64,000 nt of DNA from a virus. The stretch is from the IMG/VR virus record IMGVR_UViG_3300045912_000129, positions 1,653-65,652 of that record. The stretch is one strand, 5' to 3'. Within the stretch, counting starts at the first letter, position 1. Each line of letters begins with the position of its first letter. Below, piece after piece: positions 11,616-22,400 of the stretch. A model generated the notes under the pieces. It was not told the origin of the DNA and made no database searches. It was given only the letters and a program-made list of their open reading frames with translations. Position numbers and translations under genes: made by a program.

Positions 11616-14600
11616 TTAAGAATATAAACTGTTTCTTTTAATGGGTATAGGTTTAAATGCACCACCTAATTTACGACTTTTAGATTTCTCTTGTATTCCT
11701 GCTCTAGTATTAAACATTTTTTTAAAATCTTCTTCAGATAAAACAGTAGGACCATGTTTACCAGTAAATTGTACGTATTTAGTTCCATCTGGTGCTGTCA
11801 TGATTTTATAAGAATCAGTTAAGTTATTTAAGTAAATTTGTTCTTTAATATAATCTTCTAATTCTTTATTATGTAATTGACCTTTATTCAATAATACTTT
11901 TTCTAATCCTTTGATTGTTTCTGCACCATGTTGTTCAAACGTTAATCTATGACCTTGATTACGTCTAACTGTTTCAGTATCTATTACTCTTCTTGCATCA
12001 CCTACTCTATTCAAAGTATCTAAATATTTAACTCTTAAATCAGTATTAGCTTTGTCTATATCAGTAGCTTGTTGTGCTGCTGTAGTAGCTAAATTACTAT
12101 TTAATTGTTGAAGGTTAGATAATAGTTGACCTGTATTTCTAGAGTTTTGTAAAATCATATTTTTCATTATAGCTTCTTTAGAATTTAAAACATTCATGTT
12201 AGGAGCTATTCTTAAGTTTCTTAAGCCTGATAAAGTAGCTTCATCTTGTTTATTATAAATGCTAAATTCTTTTTCTGGTTTATCAAATAAGTATTTACTT
12301 GCATTGTAAGTAGCAGGAAGCATATTAGCGTAATGCTGTAGTTTATTACCGTATATATTGAGATGATAAGGGTCAAAATTACTTTCTTTTGCTCTTGTTT
12401 TTGCATATGTAGAAATAACAGTTGGAATGTTTTTATTAGGACCATATGTATTATCTACAGTATATTCAGGTTCAGGCATAAACTTAATACCTACTTGAGG
12501 ATCTTTAATTACTGTTACTTCTTTGTCTTTAGGTATAATACTATTATCTTGAGCAAATACTTGATCGTCACTAGCTACTAGTTTTTTTCTAAAATAATAA
12601 TCATCTATTTCTTTTTGACTAGGGATTTTACCACCTGTTTGATAAATACCTAATTCATCTTCATAAGCTAATACGTCAGTAGAATCAATTATTTCACCAC
12701 CTTCTTGTTTTTTAGGTCTATTAAGCTCATTTAAACCTTTTATCAATGTTTTAGCAGCTTTTTTAGCTGCCATATATTCAGCTTCAGGATGTTGACTAAC
12801 ATGATTAAAAGGTGGTTTAAATTTCAAAGCTTCTTCAGCATCATCAACAATGTTTAATACATCAGATTCTCTAATCATGTTAGCTGTTTCCTCAGCTTTA
12901 ATTTCTCTATCTGTGCGTGTCTTTTCAGCATTGGGATCAACTAAACCCCAATACTTTTCTCTTTTTTGTTGAGTATAATAAGGATCAACATTAAGAACTT
13001 CGTTAATTCTTTCATTGTATTCAGCATTAGCATTATTAGCTCTTTCTTTTTTATTTTGATAGAATTCTACTTTTTCACCTATATTCAAATCTTCAGCTTT
13101 ATTAGCTAAAGCATGTCTTCTAGCAGCTTCTCTTCTTGCTGCTTTAGCTGAGTACTGAACAGGTAGTACATGTAAATCCTTTTCTTGTTCCATATAAGAA
13201 TCAAGCAAAGTAGCTTGTTCTTGATTAGCATAATCTTCTGAATAATATCTACCTCTCATGTCTTGCTCAATATAATCTTCTTGAGCGTCAGTTAGATTTT
13301 TAGCGCCTCTTACTTTAGCTTTACCTAACCATTTTTCTAATTTATCTTTACGAGTTCCTTGTCTTAATTCTTCTGCTTTTTTATCATAATCTAAAGTAGC
13401 TCTAGCTGCTTCTATGACATCTCTACGACTGTATTTATTAGTTTTAGCAGCTTCTCGTATTTCATCTAAAGTTTTACCCATCAAGGGATTTACTCTTTTA
13501 GTAAATCTATCTTCATTATAGGCTTGCTTAAACTCTTCGTCAGTCATAAATAATCTGTTACCAAACTTATTAAGACCTCTTACTCCTTCTTTAATACGTC
13601 TACCAATAGTATTTAATACACTAGGATCAGAGTCTGAATTTTGTACTACATCTTTTGAATTGATAACTTTAATATTTTTATTAGAAGGTTCATTTATAAC
13701 ATAAACTTGTTGTGGCTGTCCTTCAATGTATTGTACTTGAGTCTTTGGAGGTAATATTCCATATCTATATGGTTTCGGTTTTTCATAATAAAAATAATTA
13801 CCAGAAATAGTAGAGTTTGAAACAGATTCTCTAGGTCTACTTTCAGGATTTTGATAATAATTAGGTGATATATAGCTAGCATCTCTGTAATCTTTAGGTG
13901 TAGCATAAGGTACGTTTTCAGAAGTAGTAGAAGATTGTTGAGGCGTATTAGTAATTACTTGATCTTTTTGAATAACCTTAGGATTTTGAGTATTCTGATT
14001 AGTTTGAGTATTTTCATTAGTTTTGTTATCAGAAGTATTAGGATTTACTTGTGGATTAGTTTTAGGGTTAGTAGTTGTATTAGAATTGTTGTTAGTAGTA
14101 TTAGTATTAGTGTTAGGTTGAGGAGTAGGTGTTTGATTTTTAGGAAATAAAACATTTCTAGGTATTGGATCTTCAGTAGGAGGAACTAAAGGTATAATAG
14201 GAGCCATAGGTTGACCAGTTCTGTTACCTAAACTTGTTTCATACCATCTGTCAGGTTTAAAATATTTTTGGTAATCAGCGCTTTTTCCTCTAGATTCCAT
14301 TGTTGCTTTTTCTATTTCATTAACAGCTCTGTTTAAGTTATGAAAAGCGTTAGGATCATTTTTTAATCTATCTAAAATCTGATCTTTATATTTATTAAAA
14401 GCGTTAAAGTCAGTAGGATTTTTTTGTATATCATTTAATGTTTTTATTCCATAAGCGTACAACAAAGCATCTTCTACAGACCTATTATTATTATAGGCGT
14501 AGTCTACTAATCTATATCTTACATCTACAGGTAATTGATAAAGAAAATCTTTAGTTGATTTATTTAAAGATTCGAGCATTTTATCTCTAGCTTCAATGGG

Positions 14601-15014
14601 AGATTTAACTTTTACATTTAAACCGTAATTAGGTTTACTACTCCTGTAATAAGGGTTTTTATGACTTGTCATTACATCTTCAATACTAACAAGTTTTTTA
14701 TTTTTAGATTCTTGATAAGTAGGATAAGAATACTCATCGGTCATTTGAGGCGGTAAATTACTAAGAATATACTGCTCGCTATCAATATCATTTACTATTT
14801 CAGAAGATAGATCTTGTCCATTTTGTTCAATACGTAACACTTTTCCATCAGGTAAAGTTAGAGCATAACCCCTCGAAACCGAGGGGTCATTTAAATCTCT
14901 AACCATCTTAATAGCATTACCTTTACTAGCTGAACTAGTTATTTGTCTTGCATATTCAGGACTATAGCCAAGGTTAATTAGTTCAGAGTAAATTATATTT
15001 AGTAGTTCATTCAT
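11616..15014 (-). CDS. Putative virion cargo protein; low-complexity N/T/Q linker, xxGG motifs, possible degenerate lysozyme-like N-terminal domain
   Basis: 1132 aa ORF in the late operon with a PNTNTNTTNNN linker and QEGG, QTGG and KLGG motifs. Confidence 0.5.
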   Translation of the reverse strand: MNELLNIIYSELINLGYSPEYARQITSSASKGNAIKMVRDLNDPSVSRGYALTLPDGKVLRIEQNGQDLSSEIVNDIDSEQYILSNLPPQMTDEYSYPTYQESKNKKLVSIEDVMTSHKNPYYRSSKPNYGLNVKVKSPIEARDKMLESLNKSTKDFLYQLPVDVRYRLVDYAYNNNRSVEDALLYAYGIKTLNDIQKNPTDFNAFNKYKDQILDRLKNDPNAFHNLNRAVNEIEKATMESRGKSADYQKYFKPDRWYETSLGNRTGQPMAPIIPLVPPTEDPIPRNVLFPKNQTPTPQPNTNTNTTNNNSNTTTNPKTNPQVNPNTSDNKTNENTQTNQNTQNPKVIQKDQVITNTPQQSSTTSENVPYATPKDYRDASYISPNYYQNPESRPRESVSNSTISGNYFYYEKPKPYRYGILPPKTQVQYIEGQPQQVYVINEPSNKNIKVINSKDVVQNSDSDPSVLNTIGRRIKEGVRGLNKFGNRLFMTDEEFKQAYNEDRFTKRVNPLMGKTLDEIREAAKTNKYSRRDVIEAARATLDYDKKAEELRQGTRKDKLEKWLGKAKVRGAKNLTDAQEDYIEQDMRGRYYSEDYANQEQATLLDSYMEQEKDLHVLPVQYSAKAARREAARRHALANKAEDLNIGEKVEFYQNKKERANNANAEYNERINEVLNVDPYYTQQKREKYWGLVDPNAEKTRTDREIKAEETANMIRESDVLNIVDDAEEALKFKPPFNHVSQHPEAEYMAAKKAAKTLIKGLNELNRPKKQEGGEIIDSTDVLAYEDELGIYQTGGKIPSQKEIDDYYFRKKLVASDDQVFAQDNSIIPKDKEVTVIKDPQVGIKFMPEPEYTVDNTYGPNKNIPTVISTYAKTRAKESNFDPYHLNIYGNKLQHYANMLPATYNASKYLFDKPEKEFSIYNKQDEATLSGLRNLRIAPNMNVLNSKEAIMKNMILQNSRNTGQLLSNLQQLNSNLATTAAQQATDIDKANTDLRVKYLDTLNRVGDARRVIDTETVRRNQGHRLTFEQHGAETIKGLEKVLLNKGQLHNKELEDYIKEQIYLNNLTDSYKIMTAPDGTKYVQFTGKHGPTVLSEEDFKKMFNTRAGIQEKSKSRKLGGAFKPIPIKRNSLYS

Positions 15015-15015
15015 A

Positions 15016-17397
15016 TTAGTACAATTCTATTTGTCCAGTATAAGGATTATAAGATTTAACTACACCTTCTTTAATCATACCTCCTGATTGATATTTAATT
15101 CTTTGACCTTGAGTAAAACCTCCAAACTGTTTTTGTTTTGTATTAAAGTTTGTAGTTTTTGTTACTTTTTTATTAACTGAATCAGGTCCTTTTACTACTT
15201 TAGTTCCAGGTTTATTTGTAAAACTACCTTGACCTAATCCTGTACTATAAGGTAATCCAGAATTTGTTTTTGGCGTAGGTGTATATGTTGTTGTTGTTTT
15301 AGGTGTAGCATATTGAATTTTTTCTGTAATTAATCTACTAGGATCATCTGGATGTGGATAAGTAACAGTGTGAGCTCTTTCATCTTTTGCTAAACGAAGA
15401 GCTTCTTCTCTACTAACAAGTTTACCATCTTTAACTGTTATTGTTAAATGACCATTTTTTAATTCTGAATCATCTGTTATTTCAGTACCTTCTCCTGATG
15501 TTTCTAAAGTATATGCAGTAGATCCTATTCTACCATGTCTTGTAGCTGCCATTTTATCAATAGCGTATCTTAGTCTAGGAGTTTCATTAGCAATGAACTC
15601 AAGAATAGCTCCATTATCCATTTTACTCATTGGTCCTTTTTTTAAGTCACCAAATCTATCAATTACAGCACGTAAATCTCCACGAATTTGGTCTCTTATA
15701 GGTCCTTCAGGATATTGACTTGTTATTTCTCTAACAATATTTCCAGTTTGTGTGAGATCAGAAAGATTAGAATATTGATTATCATAAAAGAGACGTCTAA
15801 CTTGATGTCCTAAAACAGCATCTCCTTGAAGTTTTGCTAATAATAACAACTGCTCTCTTTCTCTTGCGTAATTAGCTCTTTCTTGATCTGTAAGATTAGG
15901 ATCTCTTAAAATTGCATTATAAGTATCTCTGATTTTAGAAGGTTCAAGTAACGTTTGATTCCACATTATACGTCCTGCACTATTTGGAAACATTGCTCTT
16001 GATACTCTAGCATCCATCATTTGGTTTTCATTAACCATATCAAAAACATCTTTATCAACATAGGGTCTAGCATAGTCTTCAAATTCACTAGTGTATCTAT
16101 AACCGCTATTACCTTCACCTTTTTCTTCATTGTATTCTTTTCTACCTCTTAAAACACCTGCATTTTCAAAAAGTAAACGACGATTATCAGTGGTTCTATT
16201 ATCACCATATTCAAGTTTAGCATTATAACTAGCTCTATCATTAGGAGCATTAGCTTTCCAAAGATCAGCGTTATTTTCATTTTCAACAATTTCTACATTT
16301 TTTCCTTTTAATACATACTCTCGATAATCAGGACTAACTCCTTCTGTTATTCTATCATACATTACATCAAACTCACCTCTTTTACCTTGAGGAGTTTGAT
16401 TTAATTCTTCAGCAGTAAGTTGTTTTACATAATCTCTTGGTGGTTCACCCATTAAAATATTTTCTTCATTCATAAGATCTAATTCATTTCTTACTTTTGT
16501 ATTAGCACTTCTAACTAGTTTTTGATATTGAAGAAGTTGTTCATTAGTTAGTTTATTAAGGTCAAGACCAGCAGCTCTAGCAGATTCTTGAACAATAGGA
16601 TCAGTAAGAGCATTAGCTACTCTAGGATCTTCAGGAGTTTCTGTTAATTCTAATGCTTTTTGTTCAGCTAAATCAGAGGGATTTGCAATAGGTTGAAGTT
16701 TGTTAGTTTCAGCAGGAATATTTTGTTGGTTAGGTTCAGAAGCTTCCCAATTTTTAAAAGGACTTTCTTTTCTAGGAACAGCATCACCTTTGTAAATATA
16801 TTTAGGTGAATTAGGGTCGTTATTTTCAGGTTGTGTCATAGGATTCATATTAGGATCTACTTGACCACCATCTTGATAATAAGGAATATTATTGTAATAC
16901 AATTGATCTAATATTCCTCCATCTTGTAAAATCCATCCACCACGTTTCTTAGCATAAGATTCGTAAGCTGCTCTTCTAATTTGAGAAGGAGAAGCATAAC
17001 CTCCATATTTAAGTTTAGCTTTATTAAATTCTTGATTCCACAGTTTAGGATTAGAAGGTTTAAAAGGATTGTTGTACATATTACTTAATTTATATTCAAT
17101 AACAGTATCGCCATTTACAGTAAAATCTTCACCAGGATAAGCAATACCTATATCAGTTAGTTGATTATTAGTATATCCTTTATAAAAAATAGGATAAGGA
17201 ACAGTACCTATTGGTGTATTCATAGTCATATGTTTTAAACCAGGAGTATTGTACTTAAATACATTTTTTCCTTTTAATATTCCTAACTTATAATCTTCAG
17301 GCGTAATAGCTACATTACCTCCTTTTTGATAACTATTAGTTAAGTCATTAAAATTACCAATAGGTTTAATATACTTTTTACTCCATTTATTATACAT
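15016..17397 (-). CDS. Putative virion cargo protein with seven xxGG motifs
   Basis: 793 aa. Motifs YQKGG, LKYGG, KKRGG, LQDGG, YQDGG, KQFGG and YQSGG. Confidence 0.5.
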   Translation of the reverse strand: MYNKWSKKYIKPIGNFNDLTNSYQKGGNVAITPEDYKLGILKGKNVFKYNTPGLKHMTMNTPIGTVPYPIFYKGYTNNQLTDIGIAYPGEDFTVNGDTVIEYKLSNMYNNPFKPSNPKLWNQEFNKAKLKYGGYASPSQIRRAAYESYAKKRGGWILQDGGILDQLYYNNIPYYQDGGQVDPNMNPMTQPENNDPNSPKYIYKGDAVPRKESPFKNWEASEPNQQNIPAETNKLQPIANPSDLAEQKALELTETPEDPRVANALTDPIVQESARAAGLDLNKLTNEQLLQYQKLVRSANTKVRNELDLMNEENILMGEPPRDYVKQLTAEELNQTPQGKRGEFDVMYDRITEGVSPDYREYVLKGKNVEIVENENNADLWKANAPNDRASYNAKLEYGDNRTTDNRRLLFENAGVLRGRKEYNEEKGEGNSGYRYTSEFEDYARPYVDKDVFDMVNENQMMDARVSRAMFPNSAGRIMWNQTLLEPSKIRDTYNAILRDPNLTDQERANYAREREQLLLLAKLQGDAVLGHQVRRLFYDNQYSNLSDLTQTGNIVREITSQYPEGPIRDQIRGDLRAVIDRFGDLKKGPMSKMDNGAILEFIANETPRLRYAIDKMAATRHGRIGSTAYTLETSGEGTEITDDSELKNGHLTITVKDGKLVSREEALRLAKDERAHTVTYPHPDDPSRLITEKIQYATPKTTTTYTPTPKTNSGLPYSTGLGQGSFTNKPGTKVVKGPDSVNKKVTKTTNFNTKQKQFGGFTQGQRIKYQSGGMIKEGVVKSYNPYTGQIELY

Positions 17398-17408
17398 ATT
17401 ATAATCTA

Positions 17409-19409
17409 CTATATTAAATCAAAATCACCAGTACGACTATCATAATTAGTAACAGTACCTGTATACACTTTACCGCCTAGTTTAAATTTAATTTTAGCTC
17501 CGTTACATAATTTACCTCCTGATCTAAAACGATCAAGATCTAAATAAGTCTGAGGTACTACATGACTATTTCTAATAGGATTAAAGGTATCTCTCAATTG
17601 TCTAGGTATATGTTCATTAATATCACCTCCCATTTTCATTATAGCTTGTTGTTCTGCCATAGCTGCTGGATCCATTTGTTCTTGCATTTGCATATCATTC
17701 ATTTCATTAGGATTCTGAGGCATAGGTTGTTCTCCTTGTGCTTCAGGCATTTGATTTTGTTGATTAGGATCTGCTTGAACCATCATTTGATCCATAAAGT
17801 TCATAATAGCAATTTCTTGTTGTTCTGGAGGTAACTGCATTATTTGTTGTTGAACTTCAGGTGGTAATTGATTAAATAATTCTTGTAATTCAGGAGATAA
17901 ACCTGAAGCTTGACCTGCAACATTTGGATCCATTTGTTCCATTTGATTTTGAGCTCTAGGATTTTGTTGCATTTGTCCCATATTCATTGATTGTTTAACT
18001 AATTGATCCATTCTCATTTGTGATGGATTACCACCTTCTTGCATTCTTGGTCCCATTTCTTTATTTATTTGTTTAATAGCTTCTTCCATGATTAATTGTT
18101 CATCAGACATCTGATTAGTTTGAGGCATTTCATTTTGTATAATTTCTAAAACCTCTTCAAAATTTCTATCTTTCTTTTTAGTTGCTTGATACAACTTTTC
18201 AATAAACTTATTCTTTTCAGCTTGATCAATAAGTTTATTAATTTGTTTTCTATGATGAGCAATAGCTATAGGATTATTAGTGTATTTGTCTTCCGGATTC
18301 ATTTCTGCTCTGTGTAATTGTTTAACATAAGGTTCTATAGCTTTAGCTACTGTTTTACCATTTTTAGCAACTTTTCCATCTAATCCTAAGTAATCAGATG
18401 CTACATATGCTTCATCTTCTGATGTTAAAGGAATACCTTCCATACCATCTTTATCTGTATCTTCTCCATGTTTATCTCCATGATATTTAGCAGCATATCT
18501 TGATTCTAAACTAGTATCAGCATTACCATGTAATACTATCTGTTCCGGATTAGCTAGTACTATTTCACCGTCTTCTATTTCAACATTAGGATCAACATCT
18601 TTTCTTTTAGGTGTAATTCTTTTACCTTCTTTAGCATATATAGAATCATTTCTGTATTTACCTTGTGTAGATCCTAGTCTTAAACCCATATCTACTTCGT
18701 TTTCTCTTCTTTTAGCAGCATTAACTTTTTCTTTTAAAACATTATTACCATATACACCAAAAGTAGCAAAATCTTTTAAAGCTCCTGTAAAGCCTTTTTC
18801 TTTACCTGTATTAATTATTTGCTGTATTCTACCTAAAGGATCTAGTATATTACTAGCTACTTCCTGAGCTGCTGAACCAGATATTCCATATTGATCTCTT
18901 CCAGCTACAGCATTACCTAATCCTTTACCTATTTTTAACCCAGCAGATACTATTTGAGAAGTACCTGTAGGGTCTAACACTGCAGCAGCATCTACAGCTC
19001 TATTAGCAATTGATTCAAAACCTGTGCTTTGATAAGGTTTAACTGCGTTTTGAACATATTTACCACTTGGTTTACTGAAAGTATTTTTACCTAGAGAGTT
19101 AGCTAAAGTACCTAATGCTTGACCTGCTATGTTTACATTTTCTTTATTACTCATGAATTTTGAAAAATCACTTTGAGGTAATTTTGTATTTTTTAAACTT
19201 TCGTATTGACTAGCTAGCATGCCTGACATACCACTAATTCCAGTTGAAGACGGTACACTAGTTACACTAGGAGTTTGATTAGATAAAGCATTTGCAGCAG
19301 AAATAGCAAGATTAGTAGGATCAAACCATAATCCTCCTTGTGCTACAGGTATATATTTACCGCCTACTTTATAAAAAGCTTTACCACCTATATAATGTAT
19401 TCTATTCAT
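17409..19409 (-). CDS. Putative virion cargo protein, Q/M-rich, with xxGG motifs
   Basis: 666 aa. Contains a NVEIEDGEIV motif, a Q/M-rich tract and seven GG motifs. Confidence 0.5.
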   Translation of the reverse strand: MNRIHYIGGKAFYKVGGKYIPVAQGGLWFDPTNLAISAANALSNQTPSVTSVPSSTGISGMSGMLASQYESLKNTKLPQSDFSKFMSNKENVNIAGQALGTLANSLGKNTFSKPSGKYVQNAVKPYQSTGFESIANRAVDAAAVLDPTGTSQIVSAGLKIGKGLGNAVAGRDQYGISGSAAQEVASNILDPLGRIQQIINTGKEKGFTGALKDFATFGVYGNNVLKEKVNAAKRRENEVDMGLRLGSTQGKYRNDSIYAKEGKRITPKRKDVDPNVEIEDGEIVLANPEQIVLHGNADTSLESRYAAKYHGDKHGEDTDKDGMEGIPLTSEDEAYVASDYLGLDGKVAKNGKTVAKAIEPYVKQLHRAEMNPEDKYTNNPIAIAHHRKQINKLIDQAEKNKFIEKLYQATKKKDRNFEEVLEIIQNEMPQTNQMSDEQLIMEEAIKQINKEMGPRMQEGGNPSQMRMDQLVKQSMNMGQMQQNPRAQNQMEQMDPNVAGQASGLSPELQELFNQLPPEVQQQIMQLPPEQQEIAIMNFMDQMMVQADPNQQNQMPEAQGEQPMPQNPNEMNDMQMQEQMDPAAMAEQQAIMKMGGDINEHIPRQLRDTFNPIRNSHVVPQTYLDLDRFRSGGKLCNGAKIKFKLGGKVYTGTVTNYDSRTGDFDLI

Positions 19410-19439
19410 ATCATAATCTTAACTAATTTAATTAATTGA

Positions 19440-22400
19440 TTATACTCTATTTCTTCTTAATGTAGAAACTATGTTAGTTACAATTTTATAGTTCTCTTCT
19501 GGTTTATAAAATAATCTTACTGCTAGAAACTTATCTGTAAATCTTTCTAAAGAATACACAGGTTTATTTAAATCTATATACGAGCTATTAATTAATTTAT
19601 CTATATAGCCAACACCTTGATTAAAGTATGTACCAATATTGCTAGTTAACCAGTTATTAGTAAACATTGAGTTATTATTATTATTTCTATCTACAGCATA
19701 GTCTCTAAAACGAGATATTCTCCATATATTTCTCATTTTATAAGCTTGAGAGATATTAGGATCATATGAAATTCTAGAGTAAGGATTTAAATTACCAGGT
19801 TGAATAGTTCTGAGATTGCTAATTTGATTGTTATTATAAACATAAAATCTATCATAAGTACTTTCTTGTATTTCAGCATACGAATTATTTTCAGGAATAT
19901 ACTTAAATACATTACTTACATATTCAAATTGATCATAAGTAAATTCAGGGTAAACAGATCTATAAACATACTCTATAATGTGATCATATTTATTACCATA
20001 GTAAGTAGTATAATTATAAGTGTTATGTAGCCATATGTTTTTATTAGATATAATATAACTATAAAAATTATTATCAGTATAATACATCATATTAGGTCTA
20101 TAACTATGGAAACTTATCCACCCTTGTCTTTGTAAGCTAAAAGATATAGTCCAGCTTTTATTACTAAAAAAAGTAGAATGTTCTGGATCCATGTATTGTA
20201 ACTTATCAGGAGCAATTGCTAAATAATAACCATCTTCTAATAAGTACACTTGATTTTCAGGATATGGCATGACAGGATTAATATCTAGATTAGATCTAAA
20301 ATCGCTAAGCAATTCATAATCTTTTTTATGTAAAATATATCTTTTAAATACAGGGTCGTAAGTAGCGTTATATCCTACAGATTTAGAACAAGTAGTTCCT
20401 AAGTAAGGATATTCTTTAAATTCTCCATAAAGACTATAATAGTCTTCTTCAAATTGTTTCTTTAAGACTAAATCCATATTGTTATAAAAAAATCTATTCA
20501 TACCAGCAAGAGTAAGATCTCTAGGAGAATCACTTATTCCAAACACCTTTTTACTATACATATCAACCCATATGTAAGCATCTTCACAATAAACACTAGC
20601 AGCTTTAAATTGACATCCTCCACGTCTAATACCTAAAGCATTGTCAAATACTTTTTGTATTCTAGCGCTACCTAAACTATTTGCTCCTACACTAATAGTA
20701 TCTGTAGTTGTTTGTATTTCTTGAGTTCCAGTTAATACCCTATATAAATTACTAGATGTATGAATAAACAAATTATCTTGTTTAACAAACATGTTAGTTA
20801 TAGTGCCAGATACTTCTAATTGATCATTAGCATTAAACACTCTATAATTATCAAATACTTGTTCTGGTAATGATACATTAGAATAGTAAACTGTTCCAGG
20901 AAATTCTTCTTTACATGAAGAACAATACTCATAAAAATCAGGTAATGATCTATACAATCTATCTTTATTATCAGTTGAAAAATCAAGATTATAGTGATAT
21001 AATTGTTCTAATCTTTCTCTAGTTTCATCACAAAACTCTTGCAATTGATCTTTAACTACTCTATAAGTACTGTCAAAAGGATGCGCATAGTAATCATCTC
21101 CTGCTACTTTGTGTCTATAATTACAGTTTATTTCACTTTCTACAAAACCAATTAATAAAGTACCTACATATTTATCATAATTAAAATTATCTACTTTTTT
21201 AGATTTTAAATAAGTTTTAAGAACTCTAAAAGGAGAAATGAAACAATCTCCTCCAACGACTACATAACTATTATGATAAGATTCTATATTATAATTAGTC
21301 AATCTAACATACTTAATATTTTCAAGCTTTCTATAAGGTATTATGCTTTGTTTTAAAGCTACATAATAAGCATAAGGAGAATGCTTATTTACAAAGTAAA
21401 CAGCATCTGTATAAGTATTTATATTAGAGCTTGGAATACCACCACCTATTAGACCTTCAGAGTTATTTTTTAAATTAACTAACAATTGGTCTATTACTGT
21501 GTTATTTGTACCAAATTCGTATTGTTGACCTGAACCTATTGTTCCTGATGTTAAAGGTATTAAATCAGCACTACCAGAATTAATAACACCAGTTGTAGCA
21601 TCTCCACCAGGATTTATATTATCATAAGGTTTAGTAAACCAACTGATATTATTAGCATCTAACAATTTAGGATCTTGATTAAATAACTTAGCAATGGGTA
21701 TGTTTTGTCTACGCCAATCGTTATAAATTTGAAAACCAGGTATTACAATGCTAAAATTATTTTGATCATATATTGCAAATTCTGTATTGTTAACAGGAAT
21801 ATTTACTGCCATGTAAAAATTATTTCTACTAACATAACTGTGAGTTTTAGGACTTAAAAACTGATTAAAATAAACACTGGCACTAAATCTCCAATCAACA
21901 TTAGAACCTATATTAGAAAATAATATTCTATATCTATCTGAACAAACTGTATTTTCTAACTTAAAATGATCAAAGCCTAATTTTACATTTTGATTATAAA
22001 TGCTTTTAGGAGAAACATATTCTACTACATCAAACATAAAATGATGTTTAGTACCAATAGTAGCAAGATCAGTATATCCATATTTTTTAGTAGGACACAT
22101 AAAAAAGTAATTAGCTTCTACATTTCTATTGCCAGTTACTAATTCACCTGGAGGAAAAGCAGAGATAGTAGTATCACAAACATTCATCCAACCTTTATCT
22201 AATACTGTTTTATTACCTGCTCTATCAGATCTAACAAAGAAATAATGACTAATTTCAGATAAAAGATGAGGAGGAATATTAATATTACTAAAAGCTACTC
22301 CCATTGGATAAATATTACCTGTTTGTTTATCTAAATCTGAAGGTTCATATATAGGTGCTCTTCTTGAGTCAGGTACTCTATGATGTCTAATATTGTGCAT

